From the NCBI GenBank assembly GCA_028534125.1, contig CM052817.1:30382001-30446000 (forward strand): 64,000 nucleotides of DNA, given 5' to 3'. Positions 12,630-26,031 of the stretch are shown here, piece by piece (within the stretch, counting starts at the first letter, position 1; each line of letters begins with the position of its first letter). A program made the position numbers and the translations under genes. Below the pieces are notes generated by a model. It saw only the letters and a list, made by a program, of their open reading frames with translations, was not told the origin of the DNA and made no database searches. The DNA comes from Lama glama (taxonomy: Eukaryota).

Positions 12630-14250
12630 GTTGATCTCATCCATCTCAGTGGCTTTAAATATTATTTATATACTGATGAATCCAAAATTTATATCACCAC
12701 CTCCTACCATTCCTGGGGACACCAGTGATATATATACACACAAATGTTTATTACTTATTCTGAATCTGTATTCAGAAGTTGAACAGGCACCACACAATTA
12801 ATGTCCTGAGCTGTTGGCTTTACCCCTCATACCTGCTCAAATTTCAGCGTTCCTTATATCAACAAATGTCATCATTTTATCCTTCAGACCAAAAGTTTCT
12901 TTCTCACACACAGCAAATGCAGTTCACAGTTCACAGCAAATCCCATTGAGCCTGTTGGTTCTACACTCAAAATGTGTCCACCTCAATAGCCACTCCTCTA
13001 GTTCACACCACAGTTCCTGACCTCCTAAAACGTCTCCTTGCTTTTATTCCTGCTCACTCTACAGTGTGTTCTCTAAGCAGCATCCTCAGAAAACTTTCCA
13101 AATGCGAGTCCGATTGTGTACCTCCCTGCTAGCAGATCTACAGCGGCTTCCCATCACACTCTAACTCAAAGTTAGAAACATTCCAGTGGCCACCAGAGTC
13201 CTCTACGATCCAGCCCCTGATATCACTCCAGTTTCACCTTCTACCCCTCACACAGAGGCTCCAGTCACACTGGCCTCCGCTTTTCCTTGAACACATACGT
13301 GCTTCTACCTCAGGACCTTTGCCTCTGTGGTTTCTACTGCCTAGAGCATTCTTTGTCCAGTGTCAGCATGGTTCACCCAGTTTATCCTGTTTTGCAAATA
13401 TCACTTCTTCACAGAAGCCTTTCCTGGCCACCTCATCTAAATAGAGCCCTGCTACTCTTTAGCCTTATTTTAAAATAGAGTGTCTTAACCAAAAATTTGA
13501 GGTAATAGTAAGTCCAACAGATTAGAAGACAACTACCAGTGAAAAGATAGTCTGTTACTAATAGTTCCCAAGAAAAGAGGGCATGCCACACAATGGGGAG
13601 CTGTGTGGAGAAGCACCAGGCTTGATCAAGAGATAAAGAGAAAGGGCAGGGGAACTGTGGGCAAGAGCCTTTCTTGTGGTTTTCTCAGGAACAGATGAGG
13701 CAGGGTAAGAAGGCTTAGGTTTGGTGACTTTGAATAATTTTAGCAGGCTCCGAGGCATAGGGGCTGTCCCTAGGTATCTGGTCCCTGGCCCAGGGGTGAT
13801 TAAGGCAGATGGATAGTGGTCCAGGGTGCGAGCCCCTGAGAGACTCCCTTAGAGGCTTGAAAGTGGGACTCGGACTGTTTAGTTTGCATTTTAAACACAT
13901 GCTTACTGGCGAGTTGTTTACTATCTCTAGGAGTTGACTGGCCCCAGGAAGGACAGTCACTCAAGTCAGCAATTCTCAGATGTCAAAACATCAGAATATG
14001 GAAAAACAAAAGATAAGATTAATATAATTCTCACACCAGCTTTATTTTCTTCATATCACCTCTCACTCCCTTACCTTATATTATAGATCACTTTATTTGC
14101 TTATTCATATTTATTTTCCATAATATAAGCTTTGTTAGTGTAGAGACTTTTCTGTTTTATTCATTGCTGTATTCCCAGCACTAGAACAGTGCCACGCATG
14201 GAGTAAATGTTCAAGAAATCATTTTTAATTACTTGGTAAATGAATGGATG
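12630..14250 (+). mobile_element. L2 fragment interrupted by an LTR
   Basis: L2-type motifs (cagtggctttaaatattat, cttcccatcacact, ccagtcacactggcctcc, ctcaggacctttgc) resume after 14026 and end in tagaacagtgcc...tgaatggatg. Confidence 0.75.
13481..14026 (-). mobile_element. ERVL-type solo LTR (MER54/MER74-like) nested in L2
   Basis: Minus strand tatattaatc...ccatattctgatgttttgacatct...gactgtccttcctggggccagtcaactcctagagatagtaaac resembles the MER54/74-group LTR start. Confidence 0.7.
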
Positions 14251-14262
14251 AAAACCATATGT

Positions 14263-14475
14263 TAATGGTCTTCAGTCAGGAGTGTCCTTCCCAGGGACAT
14301 TTGGCAATGTCTGGAAATATTTTTGGTGTTACACTGGGAGAAGTGGAGTGATAATGTCATCTCAGAGGTTGCAGCTAGGTATGCTGCAAAGCTTTCTACA
14401 ATGCAAAGACAGCCCCTCAAAATAGAATTTTCCACCCTAAATTTCATTAGTGCCAAGGTTGAAAAATTCTGCTGT
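14263..14475. mobile_element. MER20-like DNA transposon
   Basis: cagggacatttggcaatgtctggaaatatttttggtgttacactgg...tagtgccaaggttgaaaaa. Confidence 0.85.
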
Positions 14476-15109
14476 AGATAAACCACATTGCTTTGATTGG
14501 TCTCAAAAACATGTATCTTTTTAAAAACATCATAAACTGTCAGAACTCAATGACTATGCTCATAGGTATAATTAATTCAGAACTAACCTTTCTCATGCAA
14601 TCATAATTTTCATACACTTTTATTAAGCAGGTAAGCATAATCGTCAACTGCTTGACTACTTATTTTATTTCAGCAAAAGTTAAACCATGAAAAACAATGT
14701 ATTTGTCAATTTTTTCATATTCTACACCACTAAATAAAACAAAAAATGATTTACAAAATGGAATAGTTTATAATATCACTTATGATACAAAGGATAATAC
14801 TAAATTATTGTGACTCCATGAAAACAGAAAATATAGCTTACAAAATAAAAATGCCAGGGTCTGAGCAACTTTTAAAATTGATACCATTATCTTGATTCCA
14901 TAGTGATAATATATAATATTCATTGAATCTGCCACAGTGTTTTTACACACCTTATTTACATTTTTAAAAATACTTGTGATCCACTTATTGTGTATGAGAT
15001 CCTGTTCTAGGTTCTGGGGTTACAGCAGTGAATAAAATATGACTGCCGCAGTGGATCTCAGATAACAAGTAAAATGAATAATGTAACATACGGAGGATAA
15101 TAGGTCTGA

Positions 15110-15290
15110 GTGTAATAATCCACAGGACAACTCTTTAATAAAAGTACTATTATTATCCCCACTTTACATTTAAGGAAACGGAGGATTAGACAAGATAACT
15201 GACTTGTCTAAACTCACACAGATGGTAAAGTGGGGGAATTAGGACTCAAGCATGAGTCTAAAATCCATATTCTAAAAACAATCTCTACTG
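15110..15290 (-). mobile_element. MIR SINE
   Basis: tattattatccccactttacatttaaggaaacggagg...gacttgtc..actcacacag MIR core. Confidence 0.75.
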
Positions 15291-15654
15291 TCCTCTACTT
15301 TCAAAAGAATGGGGTGGGGGAGTTTCCTCCACACAGGAATTTAGAACCCAAGTTTTCTTCAATATGGTGGCTGTGCCATTTCCTAGGTCCTCAAAGATCT
15401 ATAAATCCAGTGGTGGGAGGGCAAAGATTCTGAAGATTCAAGTATGTGAGATTTTTAAGGTTATGTCTGTTAAGTCATACAAATCGCTTTTCTTACATTC
15501 CATTAGCTATAGCTTAGACACATCTAACTGGAAGGAGCCTGTGTGCCCAGGATAAAGAAACCATGAACTTGGTGAAAGCTGGCAGGTTTTGCTACGTACA
15601 GTCTCTTCTTGACTCAATCATCAATTTATGTTTTTCCATCTAGTTTCAGAAGAC

Positions 15655-16019
15655 ACTTTAGACTGTTGGGCTGCTTCACAAAGATATCATTAATTGGGTG
15701 GCATAGACTGTAAACAACAAAAATGTGCTTCTCACGTTCTGGAGGCTGGTAAGTCCAAGATCAAAACTCTGGCAGATTTGGTGTCTGATGAGAGCCTGCT
15801 TCTGAGTTCATAGACAGCTATTTTCTTGCTGTCCCATCACGTGGCAGAAGAGGCAAGGGAGCTTTGGCGGAATTTCTTTTATGAGGGCACTAATTTCATT
15901 CATGAGGGTTCTGCCTTTATGATCTAATCACTTTGCAAAGGCCCCGCCTTCAACTATCATTTCACTGGGAATTAGGTTTCAAAATATGAATCTGGAAGAG
16001 ACACATTCAGTCTATTGCA
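15655..16019 (-). mobile_element. MLT1A-like solo LTR nested in the MaLR internal region
   Basis: ttctcacgttctggaggctggtaagtccaagatc...gagggcactaat...cattcagtctattgca. Confidence 0.88.
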
Positions 16020-16718
16020 ATACTCATTCCTGTCTTAAAGGGAGACAATACAAAGCCTGTCTAGTTACTAAACTCAGCTTGAAGTCTAACATCTTTAGAT
16101 CATACGCTGTCTTTTTCTTTAAGTCTTACTGTGTTTCTTCATGGATATATAAATAGCAACATATAAATTAAAATGACAAACTTGCTGCATTTCTACCTAA
16201 TACAAACAAGCCAGTAGACAATGATGGAGCAGGGAGGAGGTGTGCCCAATAAAAACTCTTAATCAAAAAAGTGAAAACGGAAAACATACAGCAGTCACTG
16301 ATCCTTGCCAAAGACAGAATCCTGCTGGGCAAGCAATTTGAACAGTCCTCCTTTGCTCTTTGCTTAGTCCTGGATTTGCTTATCTTGAAGGAACCAACTG
16401 TCCATTGTACTCTGTTGCTCTTAGCTCTGCCCACTGAGAGAGTGTAGGAGAGTTTGTCCCAGTTCAGGGATCTTGGACAGTATAGCTCTCAGTCTGCTTG
16501 TTAACAAGGCAAGATGCAAGTGTGAACTAAGACTTGGTTCAAAGTCACAAGTTATTTTTGGCTAGGCTCGTCGTTTCCTTAGCAGTACAGTTTTCCAAAA
16601 ACTTTCTCTCTTTTCTTCCTGCCAGTTCCATGGTCAGAAGCCACACATGAACAATTTTTCCACACAGTTCTCAAGTCTTCCTTTCCTCCACATTTTTCCC
16701 TCAAATGACCCCTCCTTG

Positions 16719-16779
16719 AAAGAAAGAGAAAGAAAGAAATAAAGGAAGGAAGGAAGGAAAGCAGGAAGGAAGGAAAGAA
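16719..16779 (+). repeat. GA-rich (GAAA/GAAG)n simple repeat
   Basis: Read directly from the sequence. Confidence 0.9.
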
Positions 16780-18617
16780 GCTCAGTTCCAAGTACCTTGA
16801 GGCCAGCTGGCATAATAGGCTTAGAGTGAAGGGCAATTTGTTTAATTTTATATGGTCCTATGACTGAATTACATTTTTTTACCTGAGAAGTCTAGATTGT
16901 ATTTATGCCTTCAATGCCTTTCAGTCTTATTTTTTATTATTTGAACTTCAGAAACTATTGAACAGCATTTATAATCATGTGAAATCACTGCCTTATGTTT
17001 TCTGCTAGAAAGCTAGGCAATTATTGTTTCCAGAAAGAGGTAACCAAAATATCCTGAAATTCTGGATGTGTCTAACAACTTTCCTAAGCACTGCAGGCTT
17101 GGCACCCTGTAGGTTACCACACGTGACAGTTTCATCAAAAGTTTGCCATAGTAAGCAGAGATCTCCAAGTTTATAGCCTTCTGTATTTGCTACCTGCAAC
17201 TAGATTGCTAAGCTAATGCCACAAATTTTCATGTTTTCTTATAGTAACACTCCACTTCTGGTATACATTTCTGTTTTAGTTTGGGTGACCTAACTATTGT
17301 AATAAATAAGCACCAGATTCCAGTGGCTTAACAGAGTGTGAAAGCATGTCTCATACAGCAGCTCTTCACATGCACGCCTTGTTGCTTCCCCCTACGTGAT
17401 GAATCAGGGCTCAGGTTACTTCCGGGTTACAGCTCTGCTGCTCCCTAGACCTCATAGTTCTCTGCATCCAGCCAGCGGATCGGGAAGGAGAACTGTGCAT
17501 TGGAGGGCAAAGAGGTCAGTTTTATAGCTTCTTTAATTTTTGATAACAGTATAAATCATGGTTGTCATGATTATAATTTTTGTTGTAGGCTCTCTTTCTA
17601 CGAATTTCCTGAATTACATTTAATCCTATTTGTTATTGATGTTGCTCGTTTTCCTTTTGAGGAATAACAAGTTAAACGTTAAGCTGTAAGTTCTGCCTCC
17701 TGATGATTTAAAGTGGCACGTCAAAAACCACAGGTCTTCTAGGTCTTAAAGAAAAGATCTGCCCCACTCTGGGCTTTCCAATGTGTTTCTCATTGCTCTG
17801 TGTCTTACTTCAGCGTAAGCCCCTACTTATTGCTTATTGCATGAGGTGTTTTTACATTTACTTTTACTAAAGCTTGGCAACTCCCCTATGTAATGAGTGC
17901 TTAACTTTTCTTATCCTAGACTCTCCTTTCCTCTTACACTGCATGAAATTGTGTGACTCACCTTCATCTTCCCTGGCTTTTTCCTTCCATATGTATATTT
18001 TTTTTAACTCTGCTGCCTTTATGTCAAGGATATCTGCTAAAAGTAAGTCCAACTCATTATAAAACATAATAGACATAGTCTTTCTTCAAACTACTCACCT
18101 TTGATCAATAGCCTCATATGATAATTCCTATCCTATTCCATTTGGCAACTTAGGTCTGAGTCCATTTGATTTATCAAGAAGTCACCAATTTGTATCATCC
18201 CGGCTACACTAGAACATAAGCTTTTATAATATATGTAAGTGGAACTGAGAGAAGTTGGTAATCAGAAAGCTAAAGAATACCACTCAAGAAGAAAGAAATC
18301 TAAACACCTAAATACGCCACGTGCCTTTGAACCATAGGTAACTTTTCAGATCTCCAATGGTGATGTTGTGAAAACAAATAACTTAGTGAGGCATTACATA
18401 CCCTTGAGTAAATTTCCTTTCCCTCCAATGATCTGGATAAGAATTTGCAGTGTCCCTCGGTGCCTAGTATCTTCACTTGGGGTGTTTCAGAGCAATAAAT
18501 CTTTTCAGAAATGCAAACTAGATCAGATCCAGCCCCCAAATGTCAGCTCTGAAAGAAAACAGAATTCAGAGGCCCCACAACCCACCTCCTTCATTTTACA
18601 GACATGACCTAGAGCGG

Positions 18618-18770
18618 CCTTGTACTCTAAGTGTGGCCCACAGACCACAGCATCTGGGAATTATTGAAGCTGCCCAGCTACAGGCCCCACTCCTTACCTA
18701 CCGAGCAGAAATCTGCATTTTCATAAGATCCTGAATGGTTGACAGGCATAACAAAGTTTAAGAACCACTG
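18618..18770. mobile_element. MER5A-like MITE
   Basis: ctctaagtgtggcccacagacc...aatctgcattttcataagatcc...aagtttaagaaccactg. Confidence 0.75.
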
Positions 18771-21363
18771 GCCTAACAGAGTTTATTGATCAGTTCAAGC
18801 TCCAACAGCTGGTGTCAGAGATTAGCTAGGACCCAGTCTTTACGTCTCTGCTCAAAACATCACTGGGGTCCACCAATCCCAGTGATGGCTTCTTGGTCTT
18901 CACGTTCTACCCAGTGGGTTTGTGCAAGCTCCAGGACAACTGGTAGGCTCTGCAGTGTGACATCATTCTTTTCAGAGAAACTAAAACAATGTGTCAGAGC
19001 ACACCTTGAAGAGGTATCTCAAAAACCATCCTGAAAGGAAGCACAAGACTTCTCCATTGCTTATCCAGCTCCTGAACATAAAATTTTAAACAGTCAAGAA
19101 GTCTAGGATACACAACTCTTTCAATAAGTTGAGCTCTATTTGTTTATAAGGTCTTAGTTAATGGAACTGAAATAATTAATGGCTAGATGTGAGCAAAGAA
19201 CAGGCAATGCCTTGAGGGAGCAGACCAGTGGAGGGACAATATAGATTAAAGAGGTCCAGAGTTTCTACCAGGAAAAGAGGATGGTCAAAAATAGACTCTG
19301 GTACACACAGAAAAGGAGTGAATATAGGTAATAATTGATTAAAAGAAATAGGCATTCATAGACAGGTCCAATGGATGAATTAACATTAAAATCTAATTTT
19401 AGAGTAGGATTGAACAAGACTGAGGACTGTTCCTGTTCTCTGATATGTTCAAAATAAATCACATATACACAAAAACAAACAAAAATCATGGATTTAGTGG
19501 CAGTACCAGAGTTTAGGAAGGTGGCACCTCTTTGTGAGACAGTAAGAGTAGATTACTCTTCTTTGATTTGAGGTCACACATTGGTGGTCCTGGTATGCAG
19601 GCTTGAGATGATACCAAGAATGGTTTTCAAAAGTCTTCCAACATTGTTCAAGACCTGACTGACTTTTCCTTCTATCCTTATTCATTTGGTTTTGCGTTAC
19701 AAAAAGAGGCAAATCTTTTTATGTGCCTCATTTTTATAAAGTTCTGTTGGGAAAAGGGCATGATTTAAAACTTCTCTTCAGTTTTACATCTTCATATCTA
19801 CACACTATGTCCAGGCATAAAGAAAATTATACCAAAAAATGTTTTGCCTTTCTCAGAATAAAATATTCTATACACTGAAAGTTTTATGAACTCAAAAACT
19901 TTGAGGCACCTGGATAAGCCATCAACTCTGACATGACCTTTTTCCTCATGAGTTTAAGGTTCCATTATTTTTAAATATGCTTGTTTCACTCTATATTCAG
20001 CTGAGCAAGTCTTAGATCACTTTTTCTCATCTCAATAATGCATGGAATGTTTTATAGTTCCACACATACAGAGCAGTCTGAAATACAGAAAAGGAGGAAA
20101 TTGCATATCCTCATCATACAGTATGTATACTGTTTGTGACCATTTGTCTTGTGGCCAAGCATCAAATGAAATTACTTTTTAAGTTGCCTTTTACAGAAGT
20201 ACCATTTTTCTAATTCTTCTTAAAGTAAGTCAGATTCAATTTTTTTGGAAATTAAAAGTGAAATTTCTAATCTTTCCTTTGCAATAGCCCTTAAACAATA
20301 ACTGTTGAAACTTCTTTTTACTCAATTACACCAGGAGCTTAATAAATTTAACATTTCTTGTGGAACTCTTATCTTTCCTTTATATTTTAAAAAATACAAA
20401 ATTCACAAATCTTGCAATGCAACTTAAGTTTTTACTCACTTGTTTATTTCAAATGTAGCTTTTCTTTCAGAATAGCTAAACATTTGAAAATTGTTCACAA
20501 TTACTTCCCTTATAATTTCAAACCCCAAATGATTGCTTTTTGTTTCCCAAATGTATTTCAAAATTGGCTATGTGTTGAGTGAGTCAGAGTACTGTAGCAC
20601 AATTGGCTAGACCTTTGCATAAACACATGATTTTTGTAATTAGATTTCTAATTCCACTTTCCCCTTGTCATTATCCACCAATTGCAACACAGTTTTATCA
20701 TTTCATAAACTTTGTCCCTGGGGATATGGCCATTTCAAATTCTATCGCAAATTTTTTTTTACTGCTAAAATGTCATTGTTTTCATTTTACTTTTATGTTA
20801 AATTCTAATTATTGCTATTTATTACTTTTTTAAAAATATGTATCTAAGGATACTTGTCCTAAGCCTGGAATTTCTGTGTTCTAGCTACATAACTTAGTCT
20901 TTTGGAAATCTACTAGTGATGGCTCTGGTACTCTCTTTTTCAGGGGCTCCAGCTCTCCTTAGATAATTGCTCTTGGAAAAATTTAGCTCCTCCTATTATG
21001 CCTCTCTCCCTTTGTGGAAGGAAGTCATATGACACATCTCAGACTGTCTGGGTTTTTCTATCAAAGGATAGAGTACCTGACTTATGCCTTCTTTCATCCT
21101 TGTTGATTATTTTTTTCACTTCACCAAAGAGGCAGTATCTTTTTGTGTGCCTGGTTTCAAAAAAATTCTATCAGGAAAAGAACATAGTTTAAGTCTTCTC
21201 TTAAGTTTTAGTTTCATGACCTTCATAGCTTGTATCTTTGGGAACACAGCTCAGGGATCTTCCTGATTCCCAAAACATCTTCTTTGCTAACTCAAAGGGA
21301 TGTCAATTTGAGCCTCACTCAAAATATACTGTGAGTGTATTATGGCAGCAATTAGTTTCCTTT

Positions 21364-21685
21364 TGTTGACCTAAAATGAATAGACTGCCAGGTATTTCCC
21401 CAGCAAGATGATTTTTTTTCAGGATCTACTGAGAATTGCCATTCGGCAAGCCATATGCAATTCCTGAAAAAGGAAGGAAAACATGTCTATAGAGGGGACA
21501 AGGAAGTTGGGAGGGTTAAAGGAAACAAAGAGTCCATGGCTTTTCATTTGGCAGAGTCATTGCCAGGAAAAATAGGAGCCTTTTTCTTCCTGTTGGGCTC
21601 TGCTATCAATGCAGGGCGTGAGAGGTACCGCTCCTGGTCTCCTAACTGTATTTAATTTGGGTTTCTTTTAATTAATATTTTTACA
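21364..21685 (-). mobile_element. ERV1 solo LTR of the same family as the proviral 5' LTR at 43786-44126
   Basis: TG...CA ends and perfect 4-bp TSD CTTT (21360-21363 / 21686-21689). Colinear blocks (tgccaggaaa, ttgggctctgctatc, tatttaatt, ttaatattttt) are shared with 43786-44126. Confidence 0.92.
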
Positions 21686-23686
21686 CTTTTCAGAGTTTTA
21701 GAATACAATGTCTTCAATCAAAGTGAAATATTTTAAGAATAACTAATCAAATGACAAATAGAAGCACTGGCTTTGGGTAACCCTCAATCATACATAATTA
21801 AATTCATTAGAAAATTAGATAAATCTACATCTTATTCTTTATACCAAATGATTGGAAGTTTCCTAGTCATCATGTATCTCTAGGTAAATGAAAACCAACT
21901 GCCTACAGCAAATGGACAGAAGCAATTTTCCAGCACTATTTTGAGAATTAGAAGAATAAGGATTCACATATTAATTTACTTCTATGTTAGTTCCTAACAG
22001 AGTGCCTGGCACACAAAAACTACGTTTGTTGAATTTAAGCCAACATTACTTATGTCTTGAAATTAATGATCCCTTAACTTAGATGGTATGACTTTTTGCA
22101 GATATTAATTATGTTTAGAACTTTGTGCTATAGTTTCTGCACATAATTCCCAGTGGTTTTTAACACTATAAATTCACCATGCAAGTAAGGTAGCAATGGA
22201 GAGAGAGAAATATGGAGCAGATGTTTTGCTTAACAGTTCTTCACTCAGCAAATAAAGACATGCACCACAAGTGAGACCTTAAAGATATGAAACTGCTTAT
22301 ATATGACTTTTAAAACATTACATTTAACTGAAAGTTTAGCATTCAGCCAAAATTTTAACGTATTTTTGTTAACTAAAAGACATTTTTTACATTAAATCCT
22401 ATTAAAGAATTCATTACAACAATATTATCTTTCTTTTCAGTCACTCTTCCATATTTTTACCCCAGTATATTTTAGATTTCACATGAGACACCTGTCTTGG
22501 TATTTGAGCATGCTTGCAAAGTTTTAAGCCTCAGTGAATTTTCTCAGTGATTTTTAAAATACTCTGGAAGAATGGAAATCTTTCATTTCAGCAGTTTGAA
22601 CGATGTAGCAATAACAATCTCCATAGGAGGGTTAAAGAAGCGATGAACTGCAAAGCATGAACTCAGATGGTTGGACTTGGAAATCAAAAGGGCTCAGTTT
22701 TGAAATGCAATATAGCTACTCATATTCTAGTTCAAATAGAAATGTAACAATTATGACATTACTCGACATTTATTAATCAAATGACATGCAACACAATTAA
22801 TCACAGAAAGACTCTAAGTGCTGGGTTATTTTAGACTGTATCTCATTTAACAATCCCCAAACTGGGAAGAAACCATGGTTCAAATAGGTTAAGTAATTTG
22901 ATCAAAGGCACCAAGCCAATGACAACAGAAGTGAGACATAAGTGTAGACCTGATTCAAAAATGAAGTTCTTTCCACTGCATCATGTAATCTTTCAATTAG
23001 AACATATGCAAATGTCATAATTTTTGCCTTTGCAACTCCACATAAAAGCCCTGGACTGAACTCAGGAACTATGAATTGCAGTAAGTGCTCTGCTAGAATT
23101 TGTTTGACACTGAGTTAAGTTAGTTCATATCTTAGCAGTTTCCCCATATGAAAAACGAGCTCCTTAACTCTCTAAGGACTTTGAAGATTTTATCCACCTG
23201 CAACAAGATGTATTGAAATATTGGAGAGGTAAGGTGACACAAATAATGACAAAAGAAAGAAAGGACACTTTATAATGCAATTAAAGATAAACTTTTTCAG
23301 GGAAAACTGTAAATATTTAATTTTATTCACTATTCATACCAAAACTCAAAAATTTTCTTTAAACATTAAAGTCTTTTCTTTGATATGTATGTTCATAATT
23401 AAAGAAATTCATAATTATTGTAAAAAACAGAAACTTCAACAAAAGATCTTCATGTCCTCAACTTACTCATTTTCTTAATTGTCATAAAATGAATTAAGAA
23501 GTTCCGTGAAAGTATAATAATTGTAAAAGTATATAATGACAAACTGAATTCTCCCTCTATTAGCCTTTACCCATGATGCACATGCATTTTTATCTTCAAG
23601 AATTGAACTTTAGGATTGCAAAGGGACCATAGTGTTGGTTATCAGAATCATTTGTGTCATATGTGTACATTTCTATAATTATAATC

Positions 23687-23850
23687 TGTGTAGTAATTAA
23701 TTTGGTCTTACCCCAAAAGACTTTTTGCCTTTGTCCTGGGCTCCTGGGAGAGAACCTCTTAAACTCAGGATTTCTCAAGTGGTAGGAATAATTTTCTTAT
23801 GTGTGGTGGGCCCCTTGAATCACACCTGATAGTTTAATGCTACATAAAAG
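23687..23850 (+). mobile_element. MER21-like LTR 5' fragment
   Basis: tgtagtaa...gcctttgtcctgggctcctgggag..aacctcttaaa...cacacctgatagtttaatgcta. Confidence 0.6.
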
Positions 23851-24523
23851 GTGACTCGTGGACTGAAATAAAACAACATTTATACATTGTTTTTATGACT
23901 CTGCCTTAAATTTATTTTTCAGTTGATTCATCACCTCTGATCATGAGTGTATCAAATAAGAAATTTTCTACTTCATAGAAGTCCATCCCTACTCCCAATA
24001 TAAAAAAAAAAGAAAATCACCATAATTCTAACACCTAGACTAAAGACAGAAACAGAGAGAAAGATAAAGACAGCAAGAGAGACAGAGAGAGACAGAGGGA
24101 CTGGCTTGTATATTTGAATTCAAATATAGACTATATCCCAATGTAAAATGGACATAGTAAGTTTGTAACACATCAATGACTTCATCCTTTCATGCTACAT
24201 GAAAGGCAATTCATTTGGTGCCTAGGGATTTTGAAGATGAGTAATATACAGTACCTTACTTTGCAAAACAAATCTGATATCAAAGATTTAAAAAAAATAC
24301 TCTATTCATTTAATGAAATGATTTGAATGTCTACTATGTGCTTTGTTCATCTTATCACTGCAGATAGGGCAATAAAGAAGACAGACAGACATGGAGACCA
24401 ACAAGGATCATATAAATAAATGAACAAGAATAATATTCATGGTGGTTAATATTATGAAGAAAATATAATAAAAATAAATAGAGTACAACAAAAGAGAGTA
24501 ACTGGCTTGCTATTCTAGATCAG

Positions 24524-24785
24524 ATGAAGAGATAAGCAGAATTTGCCACCCTAAAATGTGCCTCTTTGTCATAAAGATCATTTTTCCTAGTTATTTTTAA
24601 TAAACTGCAGGCACTGGAGAAGCTCTGAAAACCAAGAGGAAGTTACCCTTTGTAACGGACACTTAACATTTGTAAGGGAAATCATCATTTGTGATGGTGT
24701 CCCCCTAACTCTGCCAGGAAAAGTGGGATGACTCAATCTTTAGAAACTCAACACTAGAGAAAACAAAGACTCCATTTTGCATTCA
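24524..24785 (+). mobile_element. MER34-group ERV1 LTR fragment within L2
   Basis: cagaatttgccaccctaaaatgtgcctctttg start shared with the element at 28452. Flanks are L2-like. Confidence 0.7.
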
Positions 24786-25089
24786 TCTAGAAGGGTTATT
24801 TTTATGTTGACTTTCGAATGAGAAGCAGCTAGCAGCCAGGCCAAGAATTGGGAAGGAATATTCCAGACAGAATAAATACCTAGTGCAAATTCCATAGAGT
24901 AGGAAAAAGCTTAACATGGTTGATAAAGAGAAAGTCAGTAAGGCTAGAGTATTATCAACCAGTGGGCGAGAGTGTATGAGATGATGCCTGAGAAGTGAGA
25001 GACCCAGATAAAGTAGAGAGTTTGCTTGTGAAGTGTCATGGGGAGCCTGTAGAGGGCATGGAGGGCATGGCATTTCAATAGCTTTTAAA

Positions 25090-25471
25090 ATTGCCACACT
25101 ATTTTGGGGTTTTCTCTTCTGTTTTTGTCTTTGTTTTTATTCTTTCTTCTCTTTGCATTTCAGTTTGGGAAGTTTCTCATGCCCTATCTTTCAGCTCACT
25201 AACTCTTTCCTTACCTATGTCCAATCTACTGATGAACCCATCCAAAAGTAAATTGGTTTCTTTTATTGTGCTTTTGATTTATGACATGCTTTTTGTTCTT
25301 TGTCTGGATCACCATATTTCTGCTTATTTCTCATCTATTCTTGCATACCTTTTCCATGAGCGCCCTTAACGTATTAAGCACAGATATTTTAAATTCACAG
25401 TCTGCTAATTCAAACATCTGTGTCATATCTGAGGCTGGTTCTGATGATTACTTTGTCTTTTCACTTTTCTT

Positions 25472-25512
<41 letters not shown>

Positions 25513-25878
25513 GCAGCCCTTTGATTTTTTGGTTGTTATTGAAAGCTAAATGCCTTATATCAGATAATAGGACCTAAGATACATAGGCCTTATGTTAATC
25601 TGGCTAGAGGTTGGACTATGTTTAATGTTTGCTGTAGCCATGGATGCCAAGTCTTCAAATTCCTGTAGTGTCTTTGTTTTGTCTCACTATTATCTTTCAG
25701 CTTTCCTAAGTAGGCATTCTTCCTTAAAGAGAGTTCACATTTTTCAGCTTTTTAGCTTCAATGCATTGTTATTATACAGAAGCTCTATGGTTTGACAGTA
25801 ATAATGTGGGGAAGAGAAAGCAGCCTATAATCTTATGAGTAAATCTCAGTCTTTTAGTAGGCCTGGGGTACTGGGCTA
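25090..25878 (-). mobile_element. Old L1M fragment containing (TG)16 at 25477-25508
   Basis: ctctttgcatttcagtttgggaagtttct...tgtccaatctactgatgaacccatc, typical of an old L1 read antisense. Confidence 0.65.
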
Positions 25879-26031
25879 TGACAATCTCCAGGTCCATCCA
25901 CATTACTGCAAATGGCATTATTTTATTCTTTTTTATGGCTGAGTAGCATTCCATTGTATAAATATACTACAGCTTCTTTATCCAGTCATCTGTCAATGGA
26001 TATTTAAATTGTTTCTATGGCTATTGTAAAT
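25879..26031 (-). mobile_element. Young L1 fragment (ORF2 end)
   Basis: ORF 25772..25954 begins MECYSAIKKNKIMPFAVMWMDLE, the L1 ORF2 C-terminus. Near-identical to ~58470-58600. Confidence 0.85.

Larger units (their letters stand above)
15330..17520 (-). mobile_element. Degenerate MaLR provirus (old MLT1-type LTR-int-LTR)
   Basis: Two homologous LTR remnants (~15330-15597 and 17272-~17520) share cctag..cctca...atccag. Typical MaLR internal/5'-LTR junction ccacttctggta..catttc|tgttttagt at 17252-17280. Confidence 0.6.

Noticed and set aside
21364..21685. Solo LTR as the displaced 3' LTR of the provirus
   Set aside because: It has matching CTTT TSDs on both sides, the proviral flank is CCAG, and the intervening 15 kb is host DNA with older repeats.
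10995..21689. Two different solo LTRs share the TSD CTTT
   Set aside because: A 4-mer in AT-rich DNA. The second copy of family A has GTCT, so there is no evidence of target specificity.
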